The notes below the pieces were generated by a model, which saw only the letters and a list, made by a program, of their open reading frames with translations, was not told where the DNA came from and made no database searches. Source: Salisapilia sapeloensis CBS 127946 (Eukaryota; Protista; Oomycota). Taken from it: 39,712 bases of DNA. How positions within the stretch are numbered: position 1 is the stretch's first letter; each line of letters starts with the position of its first letter. The position numbers and the translations under genes were made by a program. Shown in pieces: positions 1-11,652 of the stretch. The stretch spans positions 1-39,712 of the forward strand of contig JAADVB010000177.1 of the NCBI GenBank assembly GCA_023334545.1, read 5' to 3'.

Positions 1-361
1 CTGGATCGTGGAATCAGGTTTCCACATGCGAACAAAGCGAGTGGAAACGACTGCAACGGACGTTCAACACGCCATGAATCAGATCTACCAGAGTCTTTCG
101 TATCGATTGCGGTGTTCTACGCAAGCGTGCAATGGGGATACGTGCGCGGTAAATGATGGTAGTATAGTAACGCATACTAGTAGAGACTGTTTAATGCTGG
201 TATCTGATTAGCGTTTGCCTCGGTAATAGAGTCCAAAGCGTATACCGTGTTCCTGTTTAAGTCTTCCCGATGTGTTTTCTCTTTCACTATGCCTTATGAA
301 GCGCTACTGCAGCACACAGGTACCTAAACACGTACAAAAGAGCAACGCATACTATTTCCAT
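1..361 (-). CDS. Partial spliced gene of unknown function running off the left edge (start codon uncertain)
   Basis: Three GT-AG introns (352-304, 245-204, 177-117) join in frame to give MEI|RFIRHSERENTSGRLKQEH|DTSIKQSLL|NTAIDTKDSGRSDSWRVERPLQSFPLALFACGNLIPRS, which stays open to base 1. No family recognised. Confidence 0.5.
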
Positions 362-485
362 CCTATATGTTCCGCAATCTCCTCTCTCCTGCAAACATCT
401 TGCGATTTCTCCATGCAATAGCAAAACATTTAAACCAGAGAAAGAATAGCAAGTAAAAAGCTGTGCATGTCCATTGCCGACGTTC

Positions 486-3400
486 TTAAAACTCATTGCT
501 GATACGGCCATCCATATCATCCACTGGTACTTCAGCGTCCTTAAAGATGCCCTTGCCAAAGTACTCCGCGACGGTATGGAATCCATCCGCCGCTGTCTCC
601 AACTGATTGTAGAACTGTTCATGCTGTCCAGACTTTTGCTCCAACTGACTCTTCAATCCAAGGATATGACGATGATCTAACGAACAAGTGATACACTCTC
701 GCTCTGTCTCCGAGATGCAATTCAGGTGGAAACTATGCTGACACATAAAGTGTACGGCCGGGAGATCCAACTCATGGTTACACAAGTCACACTTGGTGGC
801 TTGGAACACCACCGCTTTGCTTTCCAACGTCGCGACTTCTTCCTGCATCTGCTTCGTATCTTGTTCAAACGCTTGAATGCGTTCTTCATCTTCATGAATC
901 TGACGCTCATCATGTTCCAACTGGCCGACAACATACTTTTGCACGACAGACACTGGCAGCTCTCGGCTCTGACCAAGTACCTGTACCACTTGCAACGGCG
1001 GGATGACAGGATTACTCTCGAGCATCGACAATAGTTCCTGCAATTCACTCCAATCATCCTCTCCTTCCGTCGGCGTCCGTTCGGCAAAGTACTTGAGCGC
1101 TAACGACCACAGATTCCGATCCTTATCGCCATGCTTCCGCACTTCTTCCAACACAGCTTGTGCATCATCTTCTTCGATCTGGAACTGCACCAGCATGTGG
1201 TACATGTGCAGTTTGTTATACAAGTACCTCTTTCCCTTCTTCATATTATGCATCTGGAGTTGTATGAGAATATGATCTTGGTCGTACGGGACACGAGGGT
1301 TATCCAGTAACGCCAACACTTCATCCTCTTTCTCCTCTCCTTCTTCATTTAACACCATCTCGATCAAGGTATTACCGATCGAAGAGTTCTCCACACGCTC
1401 TGCTTCGACAATGTACTGTAGAAACTCTTTCAATTGCGCCCGATGCGACACAAAGAGATGTAAAAAGTCCGCAGGGTCGGACTTAAGCGTACTGCCTTCG
1501 TCGAATGTTCCGGTGCACAATCGTTTCAACAGTTCCGTCGTCTCACTCGGTAGATGCGTCACGAGCGTTCGACCGTACTTGCGTAGATTCGCATCTGCTT
1601 CAGCAAACGGAAGCTTCTCAATGTACGTCAAAGCATCCGATACACGTTCCTTTTCTCGTTCCGAGATAGATGATCCTGCTTCCAACTGAACGTAACTGAT
1701 ACGATCTAATTGGATCTTGAGATACCACGAATGCTCTTCATACTTCTTCGCGAGACGTAGCGCATGCTGTGGATAGTTCTCCCACAAGACACTAATCGCT
1801 GTTTCGACATCAAAGTTCAACGCGACTTTCGGACCAGACTCTTCGGCCTCGTCACCTTCATCTAAATGAATGAACGCATCTAGTTTCTTCGTATCTTTGA
1901 GCTTCGTGTAGCAGTTTAGCAGTAACGTTGTGTGCTCTGCATTGGCAAATGCTTTTTCATGCAACGCTTCCAAGTACGCAGTCAAGTTATGAATACGCTG
2001 GGCATCCAAGAACTGACGGATGACGTACGAAGGCTCGACATGTCCAATCGTTCGCGTGTATTGTCGTAAAGATCCATCGTAGTCGCCCTTCTCATATAAA
2101 TGATCACCATACATGCGATAAATGTCAACGATAGCTTCCGCGTCGTAGTTACTACTAAAAGCTAAAGAGATAGCGATCGAGTACAAATTCTTTCGGAAGA
2201 GAATCTCGAGCTTAGATGTCGTGTCCTTCTCTGTTAGACGGTACGTATGTCCAGCAGAGGAGACGACGAAGATGGCACCAAACTCGGACGTTACGTGCTT
2301 CACTTCTTCCATCTCATCCAGACCGAAGCGAGAACCAGGTGTACGTCCAGTCATGCTCTGTCCAGACTGCTTCCGACTGTTTGGACGCACAGCAGTGTTC
2401 GTGAGCGTCCAATTGAACGCAATGAACTTGTTACGCAAGTCGTAGACTGTGGCTTGTTGTCGACCACGAGGATCGACATGGGCCACAAAGAGATAATGTT
2501 TAAAGAAATGCAAGTACTTCTTCTCGCCTTCAAACGCAAATGCGACCGATCGATCTTCCGGCGTGTAAAAGTACACAGCGTCCGTCTGACCTACCGCCAT
2601 ATCTCCATCTTCATTCGTGCAGCTACAACGCAGATCGACACCACGTTCGTCTAGGACAACTGTCCGAGGTGGTAGTCCTCCTGCTCCGGAAGCTTTGACG
2701 ACCTTTGGGTCTTCGTGCGTCAGATGATAGCACGTGAGACCACGCTTCGTGCCGACGTAGAGGAACACTTGGGATGCAGAGGATGAGATCGGTCGAGCTG
2801 TGAATGCGAGGCTCGTGACGGGAAACTGCCCAGCAGGCTGAACCAGAGTAGGCTGCTGGTCTGATTTGCCCTTGGCGTTGCGTTTGTAGACGAGGACGCC
2901 GCCGTTGGCCAGTCCGAGGGCGTACTGCGACAGGTCGTCGTTGACGGCGAACGCCGTCACGGCTTCCTCCGTGTACTTGCCTGTGAAGACCTGACGAGTC
3001 TGCAAGAGCTTAGGTCGACCATCTCGATCCTGTTGGTCCGTTCGCCACAGACGGACAGTAGCTTTCGTTTCACCCGACGACTCTTTCTTGTACATCTCGT
3101 CACTTACAGCAGAGGACCGATTAGCTTCAGCAATAGCTCTCGACTGCTCCTTTTCCTCCTCACTACGTGGATCGATACCATCGCCAATAGTCACGAGTAC
3201 ATTACTCCGGTTCATCTACTTTCTGACTTAGTATCTTGTGATTATATGCTTATATGTGTAGCATACCATGACGAGGTGGGAGACAAAGTTTTCATGTGCT
3301 TGGAATCGACGTGTCTCTAGCTGCGCATTCCCGAGATGGACATATCCGTCCCCATCTCCGATACACAAGATGCCTCGATTCGCACTCATTCCCGTAATAT

Positions 3401-3529
3401 CGACACCCTACACAACCATTAGATCCACAATTTACATCTCCTACTAGTTACAAGTACCTTGAGCCATGATCCATTGGCATCCTTGAGTGTCTCCTTGTCA
3501 AAGAAGGCGAATCTTCGCCACTGTGCCAT
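486..3529 (-). CDS. VPS11: Vacuolar protein sorting 11 (HOPS/CORVET subunit), 3 exons
   Basis: Exons 3529-3458 (MAQWRRFAFFDKE...), 3407-3267 and 3215-486 are in phase across GT-AG introns. The protein has a beta-propeller-like N-terminus, a clathrin-repeat-like helical region (YGDHLYEKGDYDGS, YVIRQFLDAQRI) and a C-terminal RING-H2 (CDLC...HFMCQHSFHLNC...CITC). Confidence 0.97.
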
Positions 3530-3688
3530 CTCCCCCTTCCTCTGCGCTTTTGATGCGTTGTCCCTACAAACTCCAAGTGATCCTGTGAAGTAGCTAAAGT
3601 AACAGTAAGACACTTGTGCACCCTTTTCGCCACGTACGAGCGCACGACGTTTAGTACGAGACAGCTCAGACTCGAATACGCTGCCTTC

Positions 3689-4914
3689 ATGGTCGTCAAG
3701 TCTACGTCGGTGCCTTCAACTGGCCTATCCAATGAGCACAAGATCATTGTCGCTATCTGTGGTATGAAAATGATTAGAGCATGCATGGTATGGACAGTGT
3801 ATTGACTGGAAGGCTGGGTTGTTATGTAGGGTGGTACGTCGTGAGCTTATTCACGTTGTGGACAAATCGGTATGTCGTGACGACTCTCGGCGTCGATTCC
3901 AACTTCCTATCATTAGCACAGTTGGGTATGTCGGTCTTTTGTGGTCTTATCTCGGAAGTCCATCTCGTCGGTGTCGATGCGTGTCTTCAGGCCATGCGAC
4001 GTGCAGCCAAAGATGGCGCCAAGGACATGATTTTCCTCAGTGTCGCTCGTATCTCGACCGTCCTACTTGGTCTTACAGCTCTCAAGTATATTGCCGTCTC
4101 CTTTACACGTACGATTCCCCCTTCTGTCACTATTCGACATATCTAATATCTTATTTAAACTCAGAAACGATCAAGAGCTCTGCTCCTTTCTTCACAGTCC
4201 TACTGACGTACTTCCTACTCGGTCAAAAGACTGGATGGAGAGTCAATCTTTCGCTCTTCCCAATCGTCACGGGATTAGCTTGCTGCAGTCTGAGTGATAC
4301 GTCGTTCCACATCATTGGATTCTTAGCTGCACTCGGCTCCAACTGCGTCGACTGTATCCAGAATGTCCTCACGAAACGACTACTCAATCGATCCTATTCG
4401 TACGTCTATTTCAGATTTTATTTAAAAGCAGAATATTGATACTGGTCATAGAGTCTCGTCCTTGCAACTGTACACGAGTATCATTGCCGTCTGCATGCAA
4501 ATCTTCTTCATCGCATACAACCGACTGACTGCCCCTCGAGTACACACTGTTCCAACGGAAGAGTCCGAGTTCTCTGCCTCCTACATCTTGGCAGTACTTC
4601 TTTTCGACGGTCTTGGATTCTACTTCCAAAGCGCACTGGCATATACACTAATGAGCCTCGTGTCTCCCGTCACACACAGTGTGGCGAATTGTGTGAAACG
4701 AGCACTGCTCATCATGCTCTCCATCTACCACTACGGTGATATCGTAACCTTCATGAACTGGTCTGGCATGACGCTCGTGATCGTCGGTCTCTACTTTTTC
4801 AACATGGCATCTCGGATGGAACGAGAGGCCTCGAAGACACTACCAATCACGTCTTACAAGATTCCAGCATCCCTATCCGAGGTCAAGGTCGATCCGATGA
4901 CTAAAACCGGATAG
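3689..4914 (+). CDS. Triose-phosphate-transporter family / SLC35E2-like nucleotide-sugar transporter, 4 exons
   Basis: The spliced product reads MVVKSTS...IVAICGWYVVSLFTLWTNRY...VSFTETIKSSAPFFTV...NCVDCIQNVLTK...VSPVTHSVANCVKRALLI. These are TPT/SLC35E motifs, and there are multiple transmembrane segments. Confidence 0.9.
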
Positions 4915-5085
4915 CTACAGCAAAATGAATACCAACTGCATTTGTGAAACATTCGTTTTTACTCTATTTGTACCGACGATGTACCAGTTTTTATTAAACT
5001 TGACGATTGTATGGGCAGAAACTCGAGTCCACGCGAGATCCATAGCTTGTAGCGTCTGCTCGTAGTAGATCGAAAGAACGCCAGG

Positions 5086-5768
5086 ATGGAGGGTACGACA
5101 GAGTATGGTCGAGAGCTTCTTCGACGGCAATTCACCGGTACATCTTGCACTTTGGCATATAAAAGCAGTGCAACTGATTTTATGAATTGGCGGGATGAAT
5201 GGTAGAAATGAGTCGCAACCCGCCGGAGGGTGTCTCCGTCGGCCTCGGGGACGACGAAAACCTGTTCAATTGGGAGATCATGATCATCGGACCACCAGAA
5301 ACATTGTATGAAGGTGGCTTCTTCAAAGCATCCTTAACGTTTCCCCCAGACTTTCCCAACATGCCACCCAAGATGACGTTTAAGTCTGAAATGTGGCATC
5401 CAAACGGTAGGACTCGATCCATATACGAGGTACTGCTGACAAATAACATCGTATCTAGTCTATCCGAATGGAGTCGTGTGCATCTCCATCTTGCATCCGC
5501 CTGGTGAAGATCAGATGAACATCCAGGAGACGGCGGATGAACGTTGGCGTCCGATCTTGGGCGTCGAGTCCATCCTCGTCTCGGTCATCTCCATGCTCTC
5601 GGATCCGAACGACGATTCGCCCGCGAACATCGATGCTGCCGTATGTCTCTATTTTTATATTCCAAAGTATCTATCTTTACAATTCACTAGGTCGAGTGGC
5701 GTAATGAGCGCGAAGCCTTTAAAAAGAGATGCCGTCGTCTGGTACGAAAGTCACAGGAAGATCTTTAA
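5086..5768 (+). CDS. UBC7: Ubiquitin-conjugating enzyme E2, UBC7/UBE2G class, 4 exons
   Basis: [24 protein letters not shown]...WHPN|[40 protein letters not shown]...PANIDAA|VEWR...KSQEDL*. The catalytic Cys is followed by the acidic loop insertion typical of UBC7/CDC34-type E2s. Confidence 0.95.
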
Positions 5769-5830
5769 CTTTTTGACCAGGTCTGGTAACTAGCCAGCAA
5801 GAGAATACACATACTTGCACAAAAGAACTG

Positions 5831-6343
5831 TTAAAGTTGTATTTCATGCACCATTTCCCACTCCTCGACAGCTCCATCCATCGTCCAGAGCTGTAGCTTA
5901 GTCAAGTTAACTTTCATGCCACTAAATTTCGGCGATAGGACGTCGCATATCTTCTTTCGCTCGTTGACTGGCATGTCCGAGTAGATGAGAGACATGTGCG
6001 GCATGAAAGGCGGCTGAGCAGGAAGATTGTAGACTTGTTTCGCCTTCTCATTGATAGCAGTGAGTGGAGAAGTCTGCTCTAGCAATGCAAACACACATTG
6101 CCAGTAGATATCCTTGTACGTGACTTGCTGCACGCGGACAGGCAATGGACCTTTGACTGCAGCTTTCACCTCGGTCATCTTTGCACCCGCTTCTTTCGCC
6201 GTGTACCCATCGATGCCAGAAACGACAGTCATGTGGGGGTTAAACTTTGGCGTCTGAAGCTTCTTCGCATACTCATCAATTGTCTCCTTGAACGTAGCAG
6301 TCGTTGTCCCCTCCGGAACGGCCCATATAGCGTACCTCGTCAT
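5831..6343 (-). CDS. 2H phosphoesterase, plant-type cyclic phosphodiesterase (CPDase)-like
   Basis: ATG at 6343 (MTRYAIWAVP). Two HxT/S motifs: FNPHMTVV and FMPHMSLIY. Confidence 0.88.
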   Translation of the reverse strand: MTRYAIWAVPEGTTTATFKETIDEYAKKLQTPKFNPHMTVVSGIDGYTAKEAGAKMTEVKAAVKGPLPVRVQQVTYKDIYWQCVFALLEQTSPLTAINEKAKQVYNLPAQPPFMPHMSLIYSDMPVNERKKICDVLSPKFSGMKVNLTKLQLWTMDGAVEEWEMVHEIQL

Positions 6344-6466
6344 GATATCTGATTCTCCCTCGGACACTCTTCTTTTAACGGGACACGCGCCCAAACCATC
6401 AAGTGTCTCGTAATGATAGAACCATTACCTGTGGCCCCCAAGCACCAATATCATAATCGAGCTGTC

Positions 6467-7333
6467 ATGGTCCTCGCACTCCGTTCCGTGCTCAACCGAG
6501 CTGTCCGCAGCGTTCCTCGCACGCCGTCTTCATCGCTCATCCACAGCCAACGAGCCCTCCAGCACACCTACACGCTCGTTTTGATCCGTCACGGAGAAAG
6601 CGAGTGGAACAAGGAGAATCGATTCACTGGATGGTATGACGTGCCGCTTTCTGCTAAGGGCAATGAAGAAGCCAAAGCTGCTGGTGAACTCTTGAACAAG
6701 GAAGGGTACACGTTCGATTTGGCCTACACGTCGTACTTGAAGCGTGCGATTCGTACTTGCTGGCATGTCTTGGAGCAGACGGATCTCATGTACATTCCGA
6801 TCACGAACCTCTGGCGTCTCAATGAGCGTCACTACGGTGCTCTCACTGGTCTCAACAAGAAAGAGACTGCGGAGAAGCATGGTGAGGACCAAGTGAAGCA
6901 ATGGCGTCGCAGCTACGACATCCCGCCTCCTGCCTTGGACGACGCGAGTGAGCACTTCCCGGGCAATGACAAAAAGTACCAGCACGTGCCGAGAGACCAG
7001 CTTCCGCACACAGAGTCGTTGGAGCTGACGACGAAGCGTGTGCTTCCGGAATGGGAGTCCACGATCGTCCCGAGCATTACGTCCGGGAAGAAGGTGTTGG
7101 TAGCTGCTCATGGCAACAGTCTTCGTGCGCTAGTCAAGCATCTGGATGGCATTTCAAACGATGAGATCACGGACTTAAACATTCCGACTGGTATTCCTCT
7201 TGTGTACCACTTGGATGAAGACTTGAAGCCAGTGCCGCATCCGGATGCAATTGCGCCGTTGAGTGCATTTTACCTTGGTAACCAGGATGAAATCCGAGCA
7301 CGCATCTTGGGTGTGAAGAATCAGTCCAAATAA
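6467..7333 (+). CDS. gpmA: 2,3-bisphosphoglycerate-dependent phosphoglycerate mutase with N-terminal presequence
   Basis: Motifs [34 protein letters not shown] and [11 protein letters not shown]. About 30 aa rich in Arg/Ser precede the domain. An upstream in-frame ATG exists at 6413. Confidence 0.97.
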   Translation: MVLALRSVLNRAVRSVPRTPSSSLIHSQRALQHTYTLVLIRHGESEWNKENRFTGWYDVPLSAKGNEEAKAAGELLNKEGYTFDLAYTSYLKRAIRTCWHVLEQTDLMYIPITNLWRLNERHYGALTGLNKKETAEKHGEDQVKQWRRSYDIPPPALDDASEHFPGNDKKYQHVPRDQLPHTESLELTTKRVLPEWESTIVPSITSGKKVLVAAHGNSLRALVKHLDGISNDEITDLNIPTGIPLVYHLDEDLKPVPHPDAIAPLSAFYLGNQDEIRARILGVKNQSK

Positions 7334-7767
7334 AGAGCAAAGAAGTTTGCATTCCATTTCTTTGGTTTAACATCGACGCTTGCAAAGGATGGTCCACTTG
7401 ATACATGTGGTAAGTAGACACTTTTTCTGTGCATATACAAAAAGTTTGTGTGTATCATGAACGGGAAGAAGCATGGAAGAGTGGTGGAAGGCCCATGAAA
7501 CCGATATGATTGTGTTGTTGAACGTTATGTAGAGAGGCTTTGTATGTCGCAACTTGCTGGTCTCTTCTGGCCTGATGTAAGCTTGTTGTTAAACGTAGTT
7601 CGACGATTAAAAGCTTATCGGCGTTCGAATAGCAAGCCTGTCCTGTTTAATCGCGATTTCTTTCCACCGGATTAACCGATACCACTTACCTAGGTCCCGA
7701 ACCACGTAAAAACCTATCACATTCTCCCTTTCGACACCAAGCTTTTATTCGCGTCCAAGGGAGTACG

Positions 7768-9285
7768 ATGAGCCATGAAAAGCGTCGATTAAGCTTTTCC
7801 ATTTCATCGTCTAAGCCCAACCAAGAGATCGATGCGCATGTCATTCCGCCGACCAGTTCTCAAGAAGCATCCGTGGAAGCTACCAAATTTGCCTGTTCCA
7901 AGCCCAAGTCACGTCTGACAGGGCGTCGAAGATCCGACACGGCTGTAACAATGCAAGACTCTATTGAAAGCAGGGAGACACTCGACGTGGTTGGAAAGAA
8001 GCTCCAGCGCTTAATGATCACACCGACCGACTTAGAATCCATCGTCTCCGAGATCGACACTACCCAAGACCAGATGCGTCTTCCTACAAAAGCTGACATG
8101 CAAGAGCATGTTGGAATCTCTTTATATAAGTCTAGTCGTGGTAGGAATGATGAGGCATTGCAGCGGCTGGAAGCAGACATCTTGGAGCTAAATGTATCGA
8201 TGAATCTGGATATTCCACCCGTTCGTGCGTCCAATTGCACTGGTGGTGTCTACCGTCTACGCTCCAAAGAAAGAGGTTTCTTGGCGATATTCAAACCGGC
8301 AGATGAAGAAGCGTACGCTGTGAACAACCCCAAACGGTATCGTAGACATAAGTCATTGTCATCGAAAATGAAAGTTATGCAAGAGCAAAAGCGTGTCGAC
8401 ACTGTCGACAAAGAATTTTGTGCTGGCATTCGACCAGGCATACCTGCCGGGCACGGGGCTATTCGGGATGTTGCTGCATATTTGCTAGGTAGAGCAGCAA
8501 ATGTACCACCTGCTAGCATGGCATCCATCTATCATCCATCCTTTAAGTATCGGACTCCTTTGGCTAGCAAAATGGGCGCGATCATGCAGTACAGAATGCA
8601 CCATGCCACAGCTGATCGCGTATCTAGCTCTCACTTTTCAACGAAGGAAGTACATGCCATTTCCATCCTCGACATTCGGCTATCTAACCAGGATCGTCAT
8701 GGCGGTAACATCCTCGTTCGACAGCGATCGTCCAAGAACTGCGAGCTGATCCCAATAGACCACGGAGGATGCCTGCCGCAAGTTACGCATATGAGTGAAA
8801 CGAGCTTCGTTTGGATGTTTTGGCCGCACTCACGATCTGCTTTTGATGCGGAAACGCTGCAATCTATCATGCACTTGGATGCTTCAAAAGACGAGCAGAT
8901 GCTCCTGCAACTTCTACCGGAAGAATGTCAGGAGCAATTGGAACCCAGCGCTCTACTTACGCTACATATTTGTACTGCTCTCCTCCAGATCTGCGCAGTC
9001 AACTACAAAATGACAGCCTATCAGATCGGAATGATCATGATCCGCCATGGCACGGGAAAGCAACAAGAATCCAAGAAAAGTGTCTTGGAAGAACTGGTGG
9101 ATAAATCTTTAGCTGGAACAGAAGACTTTCGTGAAAAACACAGCATATCGTTGCTATCGAGGGAGAGGAATGCTTTATTAAAAAGTAAAAACTGGGAACA
9201 GTATGTCGCGATGGTCATAACTACCTTTCGATATCATCTATCACACTATATCGCATCTGACGCCTGCCACACTCGAAAGAAATAG
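7768..9285 (+). CDS. Phosphatidylinositol 4-kinase, type II / plant PI4K-gamma-like
   Basis: Motifs TGGVY, AIFKPADEE, RDVAAYLL, ILDIRLSNQDRHGGNILV and LIPIDHGGCLP. Single exon. Confidence 0.9.
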   Translation: MSHEKRRLSFSISSSKPNQEIDAHVIPPTSSQEASVEATKFACSKPKSRLTGRRRSDTAVTMQDSIESRETLDVVGKKLQRLMITPTDLESIVSEIDTTQDQMRLPTKADMQEHVGISLYKSSRGRNDEALQRLEADILELNVSMNLDIPPVRASNCTGGVYRLRSKERGFLAIFKPADEEAYAVNNPKRYRRHKSLSSKMKVMQEQKRVDTVDKEFCAGIRPGIPAGHGAIRDVAAYLLGRAANVPPASMASIYHPSFKYRTPLASKMGAIMQYRMHHATADRVSSSHFSTKEVHAISILDIRLSNQDRHGGNILVRQRSSKNCELIPIDHGGCLPQVTHMSETSFVWMFWPHSRSAFDAETLQSIMHLDASKDEQMLLQLLPEECQEQLEPSALLTLHICTALLQICAVNYKMTAYQIGMIMIRHGTGKQQESKKSVLEELVDKSLAGTEDFREKHSISLLSRERNALLKSKNWEQYVAMVITTFRYHLSHYIASDACHTRKK

Positions 9286-9318
9286 GATTAAATATCAATG
9301 TACATGTCGTTTAACAGA

Positions 9319-11449
9319 TTATCTCTTATCTCTTTTATTTTGTACGCTATCGGTGGTGTCAGGTATCTCAGCATGTTTCATCTCATCTTTCTTTGCATCG
9401 ACATTGTTCAGATGAACATCTTGCTTTTCTTCCGGACCTTTAGTTTCCATGTATTTGAATAAAGATTCGTTCGCAGCATATAGCTCATTGCAATTGACTT
9501 CTTTCGCTTGGAGTCTTTCATAGGCTTTTCGAAGTGACTTTTTCAAGGCATCTACCTCCTTTTCAAGTCCTTCTATTCGACCTCTTTCGGATGAGTATTG
9601 GTCAGTTATACGTGCCAGATTTTCAATTGTTTGTGTATGCTCCTCCGCAAGGTCTTCAAAGTCGTGAATGAGCGCATCGACACATTTAAGTAAATCTTCA
9701 CTCAAGTATGGCTTGAGCTGCTCCAATTGCTCGCATGATGTATTTCGCATCTGTCCAGATGACCTGTTCTTAGTTTGATGGCCACTGTTATAGAGCAAAT
9801 GTTTTAATGCTTTTACAAATTCACTTCCATGCTCTTGCATTTGAGAGCACTTCTCATCCAGCTCTTTTCGGCATTTACTTTCCATTTCATCTTTCACTTG
9901 TTCCAATTCTTGCTCAAAAGTTACTCGTTGTTCCATTTCTAGCTTTTGCAATCGAGCTGAAGTTTCCATATCTAATGCCATTTCTAGTGACCGGATTTGC
10001 TCTTGATGTTGCGTTTGAATTTGCGTTTTATACGCTTTTAACGTTTCCTTCCGTCGCTCTAGAGCAGATCTCCGGATTCCATCTAGGTCATTATGATGAC
10101 TTGCTTCCATCGACTTGTGTATTTCCATGATACGAATACGATGTTCAGTTTCCAATTCATCGTTTAAATGCTTTTGGGCATGCGCATGTGAGGACTGGAG
10201 TTGCTCTTGCAACTCTTCCATCTTCCGAGCTAAAGACCGCTCCATTCGTTGTCGAATTTCATCTAAATGCTTTTCCTGTTCATCGTTCAATTTCGATCGA
10301 AGCTGCTGTAACTGTGCTTGAGCTCCAAAGTGAAGTGCTCTCTTTAACTTTTTCACGTCCTCTTTCTCTTGTGCTTCATGCTGTTCTTGCATTTCTTGAC
10401 GCATACGCTTCGTTCGTGCTTCCTGTTTCTTAAGCATCTTTTCCGCTGTTGCCTCTCGCTTATTAAATAATTCCTCTTCCAACTCACTCCTCTTTTGACT
10501 TTCCCATTCTTCCCATTGTCGTTCATGTTCTTCACGTATAAGCCCTAACTTTCTCTCTCGTTCCTGATCAAGCTCTTGCTCCATCGTTCGCTTCTTGGAA
10601 AGCGTTTCTGTTTGTAAATAGCGCTCAAGGTCTCGCATTCGACGTTCCATTGACTTATCGTGATCTTCTGCGACAGCACGTAAAGCAGATTCCCTTTCCT
10701 CTAGTAACTTTGCTTCGTACTTTGCTGCCATCTCCGCTTCTTCTCGATCATTTCGATCTTTCGCAGCAAGCACAAGTGCTTTTGTCTGACTGTCATACTT
10801 CTCTCGCAACTCCGTCAGTGCTATCTTTCGCTTGGATTTGAATTTACGACGCAAGTCTTTAAGCTGTACATGTTGGCGGCTCTCTTGTTGGTTTTTTAGT
10901 TTATAAAAGTCTTCCGTTAGCTGCTCTTGACATTCCGTCTTGAAGCGCTTAATCTCTGCAGCGGTTGATTCCAATATATGTTTATCAGTGCTATTGGGAG
11001 GCCAGTATTTTGGTTTATTCTCTACAAATTGAGCATTCTTGTGCTTCGATATAGGCGAAGATGCATTTGACACGGTCGCTTTCGTATGGAAATGTTGATC
11101 GGATTGATTACTACGGTAACTTCGATCAGATCTGGGCGATGCATCAGGCCAAACGGAAGCTAATAGTATGTTAGTTGAGTTTGATGCTATCTGTATGCAC
11201 TATTGTGCTACCTGAAGATTGCGCTTGATGCAATAGCTGTTCACACTTTGTAAACGTGCTTTCGAGCTCATCTGGTAGTTGCCCAGCATGTTGTTCGTCA
11301 CTTATATTACTATTTTCCTCTTCTCCGCACCAATTTCCATGAGCATCGTACATTTTAATCCTCGTATCAACAGCATCCAGCTCTTGCTGTAGATCTGAGC
11401 ACATTCCATGAACAAAGTCAGTCACGTCCGCTTCAGTTCTCGTCCCCAT
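9319..11449 (-). CDS. Long coiled-coil protein of unknown function, 2 exons (ORFs 11171-11464 and 9319-11073 joined)
   Basis: A 52-nt GT-AG intron (11211-11160) fuses ...QAQSS|ASVWPDASPRS...KATVSNASSPISK in frame. The body is an E/K/Q/R-rich heptad-like region. Start codon uncertain. Confidence 0.75.
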
Positions 11450-11652
11450 TGCACGACCTTTCAAGCTCTATATATCACGTAAACGTTGAAGTTGCTAACT
11501 GATTCGTGACAGCAGCGAGACATCGCGGTAGAAGTACCGATTATCATGTTTATACAAATAATTAGAGAACATGATAACAGGTTGTTCTACCATTTCGCTC
11601 TACCGCCTCTTCGTACGGGAATCCAAGCGTCATAAACCGGATTTAGACCGCG

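Noticed and set aside
3441-3457. Apparent 17-nt ultra-short intron in VPS11 (gtacttgtaactagtag)
   Set aside because: The acceptor at 3408 gives a normal 50-nt intron and the expected GVDITGMSANRG sequence.
6530-7111. 193-aa antisense ORF inside PGAM, plus similar shadow ORFs in VPS11, the carnitine acyltransferase, GH30, GH72 and MMAA
   Set aside because: They lie wholly opposite well-supported genes, have no recognisable motifs, and are explained by codon bias on the coding strand.
7615-7640. GTTCGAAT, resembling a tRNA T-loop / B-box
   Set aside because: No cloverleaf stems or A-box nearby.
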